From Camelus dromedarius (taxonomy: Eukaryota), in the NCBI RefSeq assembly GCF_036321535.1, contig NC_087436.1, positions 18,974,001-19,038,000 of the forward strand: a DNA stretch of 64,000 bases, in the 5' to 3' direction. The notes beneath the pieces are model-generated. The model was not told the origin of the DNA. It was given only the letters and a program-made list of their open reading frames with translations, and made no database searches. Each line of letters opens with the position of its first letter. The stretch's first letter is position 1. The translations under genes and the position numbers were made by a program. Below, piece by piece: positions 40,415 to 51,854 of the stretch.

Positions 40415-42399
40415 CAGTAACTTTAAAACAATTTTTGGGAACATGGGAAGACAACTGGAAGCTGCATTTGATTACCTTTGGCCCTACTGGAGACTGTCCC
40501 AATCCAACGGGCAACCTTTGGTCAAAAGTCCTCATGACAGTCATCCTGGCATGTTAGAAACTGGCCATTACACTAAGCAGCACAGATTCGGGATGCCGTT
40601 GTTTCAGAATAAGCACGAGGGATTGGTGACTAGTGTGAAGAAGATGTGTAATTGCACATCAGGGGAGGACGAGACTTGCTTTGAAGAACACAGTGTCAAG
40701 GAAGCAGAGAACCAAAGATAATTACTAGTCTTCTTTATTTCATACAAAATGCTTCTCTTGACTCCAACTACATTCTGCCCTTCAGGCAGATTCCATCTTA
40801 ACTGTAAAGCACTGCAAGCCCTCTGCTTACAGATGCTGAAAAAGTTGTGAATGCTGAGCATCACGTGGCTTGCGTGGGGTACTGCGGCTGGTACCGCTCT
40901 GCACACGAAGGACTCTTGAGCTTGCTACGTACAGGAACGCCTGTACATCTGTGAGCTGGCTTTTCTGCTACTCTACCTGGTCTGTCAGTGTCCATTTTTC
41001 ACAGCTAAATTAAGCCAAAACATTTAAATCATGTCTTATTTCCTGGGAGATAACTGCTCCGCTTTCTGTAAACAGGTATAGCCATACTTAATTTTGTCAA
41101 GAACAGTGTTGAGCGCAGCCGGGCACCACCAGGAAGATTCCAGCAACATAAGGTTAATTCATGTCTGGATAATAATAGCTTTTAAGTGAAGTAATATCAC
41201 TTCTATCCCTTGATAAGGTCCCTCTATACCTAATATGTGAGAATAATTGATTTCATGTAAAAGAATAAAATTATAGCTATAACTTAGTAAAATTAAATGA
41301 AAGACCTCGATGTATCATAAGTAGCTTAAACCACCAGAATTATAAATGAGCAACGTGCTCGTTATTCAGACTGCCAGTCTTTTGTTACCTGCGTAACTGA
41401 CAGTGGCTACCCCACGTCTCAGTGTATTCACATCCTGTCTCCTTCTCTTTGCCCACTTTTCCCTGCTGGGCTGTCTCAGTCGTCTGGTGGAATCCTTTGC
41501 ATTTCACTACCTTCTTGCTGAGCTCATTTTCCTGCTCTCTGCTTTTCCCTTGTATATCCTCCCCCTTTTCCTCTTTATTTTGCAGCTCTCTATTTTGCTC
41601 TCCCATTTCCCTTCCACCAGCCCTTTCTCTTTGGCAGCTGCACATACTTTACCAATTTCTTGTCCTCTCCTTCGGTTCTTTGCTCTTTTTTTTTTCTACC
41701 CTCACTCATGATTTCTCTCAGGAAACTCTGCTGCTTTTCAAAGGAGAGAAGGAAGTTAAATTCCTTAACAGGTCAGGAATGAAGCCTGTGTCTCTAATAC
41801 AGTCAGGAGAAGATGCTCATTGGATGAACCAGAGAGCTCCTGCTTTCGGGAAACAAAAACATGCGATGTGACCGGGATTTCTCAAGACTTTATTAGCACC
41901 ATTTTTTCCCCCAAGAAGTTAGCCTTGATGCCTGAGTTCTATTACTAAAGCTACTCCTGTGGAAGAAGGCATTCATTACCAGATAGAGGATAAATATTAG
42001 CACATTTTTGATAAACTAATATTACACATACAGCAAACTGAAACAACCACACAGTCACATGAGATCAGGGTTTTTAGAATTTAGAGTCGCAAAGTTGCAA
42101 ATGTTACAAAAATTTAAACAGCATGGTAGGTTGCAAGACTAATTGGGTATCCCCTACCACGGAGGAGGCAATAAAATTAAGGACAGATTCATTTTTTTAA
42201 TGGGATGGAGAGGAAAGGACAATATGAAGGGAATGAAGAATGACTTGAACACACGTGGTACCCACTTTGTCTCTGGGCAGATGGGGTGCTGGACTAGGTG
42301 TGGATAGCTTTGACCTCAGAGACTGTTCACCCACTTGTGAATTTTAGCTACCCAAATCCCAAAAGTCACAGAAAAAGGGGTATGAAGGCTTGAAGTCTT

Positions 42400-42540
42400 T
42401 TATGTATTCATGCAGTCAAATAATTATTATGTTTGTGCTCAGCCCTATTTTTGACAATGAGAACATAGTAATGGACAAAACAAAGTCTCTGCTCTTACGG
42501 AGCTTACATTGTAGAGTAGGAGGCAGATAATAAATCCCTA
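42400..42540 (-). mobile_element. L2 3' fragment
   Basis: ACAAAACAAAGTCTCTGCTCTTACGGAGCTTACATTGTAG is an antisense L2 motif. Confidence 0.65.
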
Positions 42541-42644
42541 AACCTATGAATGAACCATTACGATTATTACTACTATTGTCATTACTACTACTACTGCTAC
42601 GCGATTACTAATAATGATAATTAACAGTTAAATAATGCTTACAG

Positions 42645-44270
42645 AAGATGGCGGAGTAGAAGGACGCTCGCAGGTCACCCTCTCCCACAAATACACCAAG
42701 ACCCACATCTACAGACCCACTCAGCCAACCAGAGCACCTGCGGAACTCCGACAGAACATCGCCCTCTTCAAAAGATAAAGACGCCAAAAATCTGGTAGGA
42801 GAAAAGGAAAAAAGAAAGAACAAAAGGCAAAGCAGCGCGGGACGGGTCCCGCGGGGAGGGAGCGGCAAAGGAGGACTGGCGCTCGCTCGCTGGGTCTCCC
42901 CTCTCCAACTGAGAGGCCAGCTGGACGGAGGGGGAGCCTCCGAGGCTCGGATCTGTACAGAGCAGCCCTTGACTAACAGAACTAGGTTAAACGGGCACAG
43001 AGCGTCCCCCCGACACCCAGCCTGAGACGCGGGCCGGCAGCGGCGGGCAGGGCCAGGCTGCACAAGCCGGGCGGAGGACGGAAGTGGCTGCACGGAGGCA
43101 GCCCCGGGGGAACGCAAGGGGCTGCGCGCCGTGGCTGTGGGTGCACAGGGCAGAACAACCTGGGCCCTCCATAAAACAGCAAGGTTGATGTGCTCTCGGG
43201 GAAAGGGTGCACACCCCCATCTCTGAAAACCCACGGAAAGTTTTCGGGGGGAAGAGAGGCGGGGATCAGGCACAGCCGCCATATCCTCCGGCGCTGATCA
43301 CCCAGGCGGGGGCGGGGGCGAAACCTGCATCCGCACCAAAGGGCTTAGCAGCAGCCCGGGGCAGATAGGATCCTTCCATCCTGGTCCCTCAGAGAACTTG
43401 CTCCACAAAGACAAACAAGGAGCTGGGTTTTGGCTCGGAGCAGGGACAGGGCTGTGCCTCAGTCTTCCCTGAGCCCACCTGCGGAGCACCGACCAGGGTG
43501 GAGCGGGCAGCCGCACAGAGAGTGGAACTACTGGCGGTGCAGGTAGAGGGAGAGCAGCCCCCCCGCCTTTCGGGCAGGAACACAGCCCCTGATCGAGGTG
43601 CTGGGAGGGGGCACGACCCGCCCTCCTACCCGGCCAGTCTGCAACATCTGACTGCGGCATCCGGAGGGGCAGCGACCCGCCCGCCCACAGCAGAGAGCTG
43701 CACCTGACCCAGTGTTAGGAGGAGGCGCGATCTGCTTGCCGACAGGTGCTGGGAGCAGCACAGAAGAGGGCGCCAACGGAGGGCCTCTGAAAACAGCAAG
43801 CTGAGCTTCCAAAACAGGACGAAGACAGAAAGACTTCACATTAAAAGCACACAGACTCCAGAACACCGACAAACCCCCCCCTTTTTTTTTAAAATCTGTT
43901 TTTATCTGTTCTATTTTCTATTACTCTCTTAATCTTTACTTCTTAATTCTTTTCTATTTCTCTTGGGTTTTGATGTCCTGCTATTGCACAGGTTTCAAAT
44001 ACATCTATTCATCTCCCCCCCCTTTTTTTGTAAAGGTTTTAAAAGGACGTCTCAACTCGATTAATACTCTGCTTCAACTCACTCTTCTATTATTCATTAT
44101 ACACTGTTTCAAACCCTCTTTTTCCCTTCTTTTAAAATTCTTTCTCTCTCTCTCTTATTTTTTTTTTCTTTTTTTCCTAAGTTCTATTCCTAAATAGGCA
44201 TCAGATAGATAAAATCCTTAAGGACCAAAATAAACAACTGATACTCCATAAACCACAGTGCCAAAGAGGT
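42645..44270 (+). promoter_or_regulatory. L1 5'UTR / internal Pol II promoter; CpG-island-like to ~43800, then a T-rich segment
   Basis: YY1-type motif AAGATGGCGG at 42645-42654. Dense CpG and GC boxes contrast with the AT-rich flanks. Lies between the TSD and the ORF1 ATG. Confidence 0.88.
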
Positions 44271-45173
44271 ATGAGCAAGATGAAGAAGCAGAAAAACCTT
44301 TCCCAATTAAAAGAACAAGAGAAATCCCCTGAAAGAAAGATCAACGAAATAGACATCGATAGCCTACTAGATCAAGATTTCAAAAAAGGAGTGATCGAAT
44401 TGCTGAAGGAATTAAAAGAGATAGTGTTTAGAGATATAAAATATGTCAAAAATGAAATTGAAGCTATAAAGAAGAGCCAAGTAGAATGGGCAAACTCATT
44501 GACAGAGATGAGGAATGATCTAATAGCTGTGCAAAGCCGACTAGATAATGCAGAGGAACGAATTAGTGATCTAGAAGACAGGGCAATAGAAAGCACCCAT
44601 TCAGAAGAACTACAAGAGAAGCAAATAAAAAATAATGAAAATAGCATAAGGGACCTATGGGATAATATAAAGCGTCCCAATCTTTGCATAATAGGGGTCC
44701 CAGAAGGAGAAGAAGGATCAAAGGGGATTGAAAAGGTTTTTGAAGAAATCATGACTAAAAACTTCCCAAACTTAAAGAAGGAATCAGATATCCAACTACA
44801 GGAAGCTCAGAGGGTCCCAAACAGGAAGAACCCAAATAGACCCACACCAAGACATATCCTAATCAAGATGGCCAGAGTCAAGGATAAAGAAATGATTCTA
44901 AAGGCAGCAAGAGAAAAGCAAAGAGTAAGTTACAAGGGAACCCCCATAAGGCTCTCAGCTAATTTCTCTACACAAACACTACAGGCCAGAAGGGAGTGGC
45001 AAGATATATTCAAAGCCCTGAATGAAAAAAAGATGCAGCCTAGGATCCTTTATCCAGCAAGGCTATCCTTGAGGACAGAAGGAGAAATAAAGAGTTTCAC
45101 AGACAAAAAAAATCTGCAGGAGTTTAGCAACACTAAACCCATGCTAAAAGAAATATTGAAAGGGCTATTCTAA
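44271..45173 (+). CDS. L1 ORF1p (RNA-binding chaperone), uninterrupted, 300 aa
   Basis: Coiled-coil region, then NLCIIGVPEGEE, PTPRHILIK, ILKAAREKQ, ARREW and YPARLS, which are the conserved ORF1p RRM/CTD motifs. Confidence 0.96.
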   Translation: MSKMKKQKNLSQLKEQEKSPERKINEIDIDSLLDQDFKKGVIELLKELKEIVFRDIKYVKNEIEAIKKSQVEWANSLTEMRNDLIAVQSRLDNAEERISDLEDRAIESTHSEELQEKQIKNNENSIRDLWDNIKRPNLCIIGVPEGEEGSKGIEKVFEEIMTKNFPNLKKESDIQLQEAQRVPNRKNPNRPTPRHILIKMARVKDKEMILKAAREKQRVSYKGTPIRLSANFSTQTLQARREWQDIFKALNEKKMQPRILYPARLSLRTEGEIKSFTDKKNLQEFSNTKPMLKEILKGLF

Positions 45174-45576
45174 ATAGAAAAGCAGCAGGATGCTACAGAA
45201 ATGAGAAACACACAACTGGAAAGGTGATAACTCATGAATTACAAATAAAGTAAACATGAAATTATAAAAGAAGACATACAAATCACTGAGAGTGGGAGAG
45301 GGAGGCAAGGAAATATAGAATATTTTTTTCTTTCTTTTTTAAATTTTTTAACAGTAGGATGGGTTTGAGATCATGTTACTATCAGTTTAATAAAAACAGT
45401 TATAGTAATGGGTTGACAGATTTACAAAAAAGGGTAACCACAAGCCAAAAATTTACAAAGGAGTCACAAAAATTAAATAAAATCCATGATAATACAAAGG
45501 AAAATTACCAAACCACAAAAGGAAGAAGAAAGGAACAAAGAGGATATACCAATTCAACTGCAAAGATAAGTTCAAA

Positions 45577-48500
45577 ATGGCAATAAACACACATCTATCA
45601 TTAATTACTGTAAATGTTAATGGACTAAATGCTCCAGTCAAAAGACACAGAGTGGCAGACTGGATAATAAAGCAAGAACCTTCAATATGCTGCATACAAG
45701 AGACCCACTTTAGGGAGAAGGACACATATAGATTGAGAGTGAAAGGATGGAAATTCCATGCAAATGCAAAAGCCAAAAAAGCAGGTGTTGCAGTACTGAT
45801 TTCAGACAAAATAGACTTTAAAACAAAGGCCATAAAGAAAGATAAAGAAGGACATTTTATAATGATTAAAGGAGGGATACAAGATGAGGATATTACACTC
45901 ATTAATATATATGCACCCAATATAGGAGCACCTAAGTACATACAAGAATTACTAACAGAGATAAAGGGGGATATTGATGGGAATACAATCATAGTTGGAG
46001 ATTTTAACACTACATTAACATCACTAGACAGATCTTCCAGACAGAAAATAAACAAGGCAACAGAGAAATTAAATACTACAATAGAAAAACTAGATTTGGT
46101 GGATATTTTCAGAGCATTACACCCCCCAAAAATAGGATATACATTCTTTTCAAGTGCACATGGAACATTTTCCAGGATCGATCATGTACTTGGGCACAAA
46201 AGAAACATCAACAATTTTAAGAAGATAGAAATTATCTCAAGCATCTTTACTGACCACAATGCCATGAAACTGGAAGTCAACAACAGAGAAACAAAGGAGA
46301 AAAAAAGGAAAGCATGGAGATTAAACAATATGTTATTGAAAAAACAATGGATCAATGAGGAAATCAAAGCTGAAATTTAAAAATACCTTGAGACAAATGA
46401 TAATGAAAGCACAACCACTCAAAACTTATGGGACACAGCAAAGGCAGTGCTAAGAGGGAAGTTTATAGCGATACAGGCCTTCCTCAAAAAAGAAGAACAA
46501 TCTCAAATAAACAATTTAACCCACCACCTGAATGAATTAGAAAAAGAAGAACCAAAAGCCCCAAGAAGCAGCAGAAGGAAGGAAATAATAAAGATCAGAG
46601 AGGAATTAAATACAATAGAGATTAACAAGACCATAGAAAAAATCAACCAAACCAAAAGCTGGTTTTTTGAAAAAGTAAATAAAATCGACAAACCTCTGGC
46701 CAAACTCACAAAGAAGAAAAAAGAGAGAGCACAAATTAGCAAAATAAGAAAGGAAAATGGAAAAATTACAACAAACAAAATAGAAATACAGAATATCATA
46801 TGAGAATATTATGAAAAACTATATGGAACCAAACTGGATAACCTAGAGGAGATGCACAAGTTTCTGGAAACATACTGTCCACCAAAACTGAGTCAAGAAG
46901 AATCTGAGCACTTGAACAATCCGATCACTAGAAAGGAAATAGAAATAGCAATTAAAAACCTCCCTACAAATAAAAGTCCAGGACCGGACAGCTTCACTGG
47001 GGAATTCTACCAAACATACAAAGAAGAACTCATACCAGTCCTTCTCAAACTCTTCCAGACGATTGAAAAGGAGGGAATACTCCCAAACTCATTCTATGAA
47101 GCCACCATCACCCTGATACCAAAACCAGGCAAAGACACTACAAAAAAAGAGAATTATAGGCCAATATCACTGATGAACATAGACACCAAAATCCTCACCA
47201 AAATTTTAGCAAATAAAATCCAACAACACATAAAAAAGATTATACATCATGACCAAGTGGGGTTCATCCCAGGGACACAAGGCTGGTTCAACATACGCAA
47301 ATCAATCAGTGTAATACATCACATCAACAAGAGAAAGGACAAAAACCACGTGATCATCTCAATCGATGCAGAAAAAGCATTTGATAAAATTCAACACCCA
47401 TTTATGATAAAAACTCTCGCCAAAGTGGGTATAGAGGGAACATATCTCAACATAATAAAAGCTATATATGACAAACCTACAGCCAGCATAGTACTCAATG
47501 GTGAAAAACTCAAAAGCTTCCCACTAAAATCTGGAACAAGACAAGGATGCCCACTATCACCACTCCTATTCAACATAGTCCTGGAAGTCCTAGCCACAGC
47601 AGTCAGGCAAGAGAAAGAAATAAAAGGGATCCAAATTGGAAAAGAAGAGGTAAAAGTGTCATTATATGCTGATGACATGTTACTATATATAGAAAACCCT
47701 AAAAGGTCCACACAAAAGCTACTAGAGCTGATTGAAGAATTCAGCAAGGTAGCAGGTTACAAAATTAACATTCAAAAATCAGTTGCATTTCTTTACACTA
47801 ACGATAAATCAACAGAAGAAGAAAGTAAAGAAACAATCCCCTTTAAAATAGCACCCAAAGTAATAAAATATCTGGGAATAAATCTAACCAAGGAGGTGAA
47901 AGAATTATACACAGAAAACTATAAACCATTGATGAAGGAAATTAAAGAAGACTTTAAAAAATGGAAAGATATTCCATGCTCTTGGATTGGAAGAATCAAT
48001 ATTGTTAAAATGGTCACACTGCCCAAGGCAATCTACAGATTTAATGCAATCCCTATCCAATTACCCAGGACATATTTCACAGAACTAGAAAAAATCATAA
48101 TAAAATTCATATGGAACCATCAAAGACCTAGAATTGCCAAAGCATTACTGAAGAGAAAGAAAGAGGCTGGAGGAATAACTCTCCCAGACTTCAGACAATA
48201 CTATAGAGCTACAGTCATCAAGACAGCATGGTATTGGTACCAAAACAGACATATAGACCAATGGAACAGAATAGAGAGCCCAGAAATGAACTCATAAACT
48301 TTTGGTCAACTCATCTTTGACAAAGGAGGCAAGAATATACATTGGAATAAAGACAGTCTCTTCAGCAAATGGTGTTGGGAAAACTGGACAGCAGCATGTA
48401 AAACAATGAAGCTAGAACACTCCCTTACACCATATACAAAAATTAACTCAAAATGGATTAAAGACTTAAACATAAGACAAGATACAATAAACCTCCTAGA

Positions 48501-49367
48501 GGAAAACACAGGCAAAACAATATCTGACATACATTTAAAAAATTTTCTCCTAGAAGAAATAAAAGCAAGAATAAACAAATGGGACCTAATGAAACTTACA
48601 AGCTTCTGCACAGCAAAGGAAACCAGAAATAAAACAAGAAGAAAACCTACGGAATGGGAGAAATTTTTGCAAGTGAAACCGACAAAGGCTTGATCTCCAG
48701 AATATATAAGCAGCTCATAAGACTCAATAAGAAAAAAATAAACAACCCAATCCAAAAATGGGCAGAAGACCTAAACAAGCAATTCTCCAAGGAAGACATA
48801 CAAATGATCAAAAAGCACATGAAAAAATGCTCAATATCACTAATTATCAGAGAAATGCAAATCAAAACTACAATGAGGTATCACCTCACACCAGTCAGAA
48901 TGGCTGTCATTCAAAAATCCACAAATGACAAATGCTGGAGAGGCTGTGGAGAAAGGGGAACCCTCCTACACTGCTGGTGGGAATGCAGTTTGGTGCAGCC
49001 ACTATGGAAAACAGTGTGGAGATTCCTCAAAAGACTAGGAATAGACTTACCATATGACCCAGGAATCCCACTCCTGGGCTTGTATCCAGAAGGAAATCTA
49101 CTTCAGGATGACACCTGCATCCCAATGTTCATAGCAGCACTATTTACAACAGCCAAAACATGGAAACAGCCTAAATGTCCATCAACAGGTGACTGGATAA
49201 AGAAGAGGTGGTATATTTATACAATGGAATACTACTCAGCCATAAAAACTGACAACATAATGCCATTTGCAGCAACATGGATGCTCCTGGAGAATGTCAT
49301 TCTAAGTGAAGTAAGCCAGAAAGAGAAAGAAAAATACCATATGAGATCGCTCATAAGTGGAATCTAA
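45577..49367 (+). pseudogene. L1 ORF2p (EN-RT-CCHC), disrupted
   Basis: EN motifs NVNGLN, QETH, NIYAPN, GDFN, SRIDH, TDH; RT motifs [10 protein letters not shown] and [23 protein letters not shown]. In-frame stops at 46378-80 (TAA), 46801-03 (TGA) and 48295-97 (TAA). A 1-nt frameshift at ~48661-63 disrupts EWEKIFA. Confidence 0.96.
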
Positions 49368-49702
49368 AAAACAAAAACAAAAACAAACAAACAAACAAAA
49401 ACAAAGCGTAAATAAAGGACAGAAATAGACTCACAGACAGAGAATACAGACTTGTGGTTACCAGGGGGGTGGAGGGTGGGAAGGGATAGACTGGGATTTC
49501 AAAATTGTAGAATAGACTACACTGTATAGCACAGGGAAATATACACAAAATGTTATGATAACTCACAGAGAAAAAAATGTGACAAGGAGTGTGTATATGT
49601 CCATGAATAACTGAAAAATTGTGCTGAACATTGGAATTTGACACAACATTGTAAAATGATTATAAATCAATAAAAAATGTTAAAAAAAAATAATGCTTAC
49701 AG

Positions 49703-49850
49703 TTGACCGAGTATTGTAATTCTTTTATATACATTAACTCTGTTAATTCTCATGACTCTCTTCTAAGGTAGGTGCTGCAATAATTCCCATTTGTGCAGAT
49801 GAAGCACAGATAGGTTAAGAATCTTGCTCATGATCACTTGGCTATAAATG
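49703..49850 (-). mobile_element. MIR SINE (3' end interrupted by the full-length L1)
   Basis: AAGGTAGGTGCTGCAATAATTCCCATTTGTGCAGATGAAGCACAGATAGGTTAAG matches the MIR core. Confidence 0.7.
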
Positions 49851-49954
49851 GATGACTAAATGTGCTGTCAGTAATAATTATGAATGAAAATAAAAGTCAA
49901 TGCCTGGCACCTCCAGATCTGGCCAATGGAAGTAATAGAATGGAGAGAGAGTGA

Positions 49955-50160
49955 AATCTGAGGTTTGGGTCAGTGTGCTACATGCGAGCTCTGTGACTTT
50001 AGGCAAGTAATGTTGTCTATTTGGGGCTTCAGATTTCTCATCTGTTAAACGAGGATAATGAAACCTAGCTGGTGGGGTTTCTGTAAGCATAAAATAAGAC
50101 TAAATTGTATGATGATTGTAAAGGACTGAACACAGGCCCGGCATACGATATATGCATAAA
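49955..50160 (+). mobile_element. MIR SINE
   Basis: TGTGACTTTAGGCAAGT...CTTCAGATTTCTCATCTGTTAAACGAGGATAAT. Confidence 0.75.
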
Positions 50161-51749
50161 AATTAAACCGCAGGCCTCGAAGCTTAGCAACGGCAAAAAC
50201 AAAGTGAGGAGGAGACAGATTACTTGTGGTTGAATGTTTCCGGGATGGGAAATAATTGTTTCCTTAAGGATTCACTAACTCAGAAGGCTGGGAAGGAATA
50301 GCAGAGTCTTAGACCTTTTGGAGGGAAGTGGACTCTTTCAAGGAATGGCCATTTCTGGCAGAAGTATGAGGGTAAGGGGCTCCCTGAGGTGCTTGGGCTG
50401 GCTGGGACAGAGCATCTGAGCAGGGAGAGAAGCCGGGCCGTGGGGGGACCATGGGACTTCACACACCACCAAGGGACCACACAGCCCCTCCTAAAACACA
50501 GGCTGAAAGAAAAAAGGGCCGGAACAGCCTGGAGCCCTGTTATTGAAAGACATCTCAACTGGCAATGCAGAGGTGGCTCTTTGTACAGATCTAACAGGAG
50601 CTCTTGGCCTCAAGCAATGACGTATGTTTTCATTACTTTAGACGACCTCATAATCCTCCCTTTTGCTTTTCCCAGTCTTACTCTGTTTGGCAGGAACCTA
50701 GATGGTATTTCCCCTTACTGCAAAATGAAAAGAAAACTTTCAGTTGTCACTACGTGCTCCTCGGTTGTTTTCTCCTTCCTGTAATCATGACCTTTGCTTA
50801 TCAAACAATTCTGTGTCTTTATTACTGGTCCGAGATATGGCCAAGTTCATTCAAAGTATATCATTGAGAGACGTGTTATTTTTGGTTGGTTAGTTGGTAT
50901 CCTGAAAAAATGTAGGCCTTGTGATCCCAGAGTGATTTTCTTGGTCAATCAAAAAGATTTCGGGAACCATGACCTCTGCCCAAGGTCAAAATAAAAACTG
51001 TTTCTTTAGTTCTGGTGTTAGGATGCACATTAGCATTGCAGTCAATACTCATGGTTTGAAAGTGAAGATAAATGTATTTTATCCTGGGTTTTACCAATAT
51101 TATCTTCTAACATTTTTGGAAATCCATTTAGCCTGTTTATGACATCCTTTTTTTGGTGGTAAAGGGGGATTATAAAGGTTAATAAGATTAGTGTGTTAGA
51201 TTGTAATGTGGCTTCAACAGGATTTGCCTCGTATTGGGACAGTCGATCAAGAGAGAATAACTTACTGCAGTAACTTCATGGGGGCAGGAGGCACGGAGAG
51301 TACAATGTAAACTTTGTTATATTATAAAACATGAAGTTTAACCCATGTAATATCCTTAATGAGAAATTTATTTAAAAAATAAGCTTCCTCTTTCAGGCCA
51401 CTTGATTTTATTTAGCGCATTTGAGACGTATACTAAGTGGAAAGTGCTGGGGGAGAGTTCTCACATATTTGTCATTGTCAGTATTAACATGCTTCAGTTA
51501 AAATGACTAAGTACATACATGTGACCCTCTGAACACTTAAAAAATGCTTGCTGGTGGCACGTATCAGTGAAATCAACCTTGATCTCGTCTCTTTGGTCTA
51601 CCAGATACCCTGTGGCCACCTTTGAGCCTTTCTAAGTGAGTCAGAGCTGGAGTTCCCAATTGCTTCTTGGCCTCTACTTTTTAAATTATAAAATAAATTT
51701 ATTTATTTATATTTATTTATTTCCAGCTTTGGTCTCCATATATTCTCTT

Positions 51750-51854
51750 TTTTAAATTTTTATTTTATTTTTTTTTAGTGGAGGTACTGGGGATTGAACA
51801 TGGGACCTTATGCACGCTAAGCACACACTCTACCACTGAGCTATACCCATCCCC
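51750..51854 (-). mobile_element. tRNA-Ala-derived SINE (camelid vic-1 type), short form
   Basis: Minus strand reads GGGGATGGGTATAGCTCAGTGGTAGAG...GTTCAATCCCCAGTACCTCCA plus an A-rich tail, with A and B boxes. Perfect 16-bp TSD CTCCATATATTCTCTT at 51734-51749 and 51855-51870. Confidence 0.92.

Larger units (their letters stand above)
42645..49687 (+). mobile_element. Near full-length LINE-1 retrotransposon (~7.04 kb), camelid-type, ORF2 inactivated
   Basis: Perfect 15-bp TSD AAATAATGCTTACAG at 42630-42644 and 49688-49702, with a TT/AAAT EN-type target. GC-rich 5'UTR starts AAGATGGCGG. ORF1 and ORF2 homology, AATAAA at 49669-49674 and a short A tail. Confidence 0.98.

Noticed and set aside
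41385..41871. Overlapping F/L/S-rich and E/K-rich ORFs
   Set aside because: They arise from a polypyrimidine/polypurine low-complexity stretch.
44271..45173. Intact ORF1 beside a broken ORF2 as evidence of ORF1 domestication
   Set aside because: With four lesions spread uniformly over ~4.7 kb of coding sequence, the chance that the 0.9-kb ORF1 has none is about 0.43. This is no evidence of selection.
44372..48865. Antisense hydrophobic ORFs (e.g. 45453-46055, 200 aa)
   Set aside because: These are shadow frames of A-rich L1 coding sequence, a well-known artefact.
51775..51854. Functional tRNA-Ala gene (also 56190-56268)
   Set aside because: The A-rich tail, the TSD, the extra 5' bases and the mismatched stems indicate a SINE.
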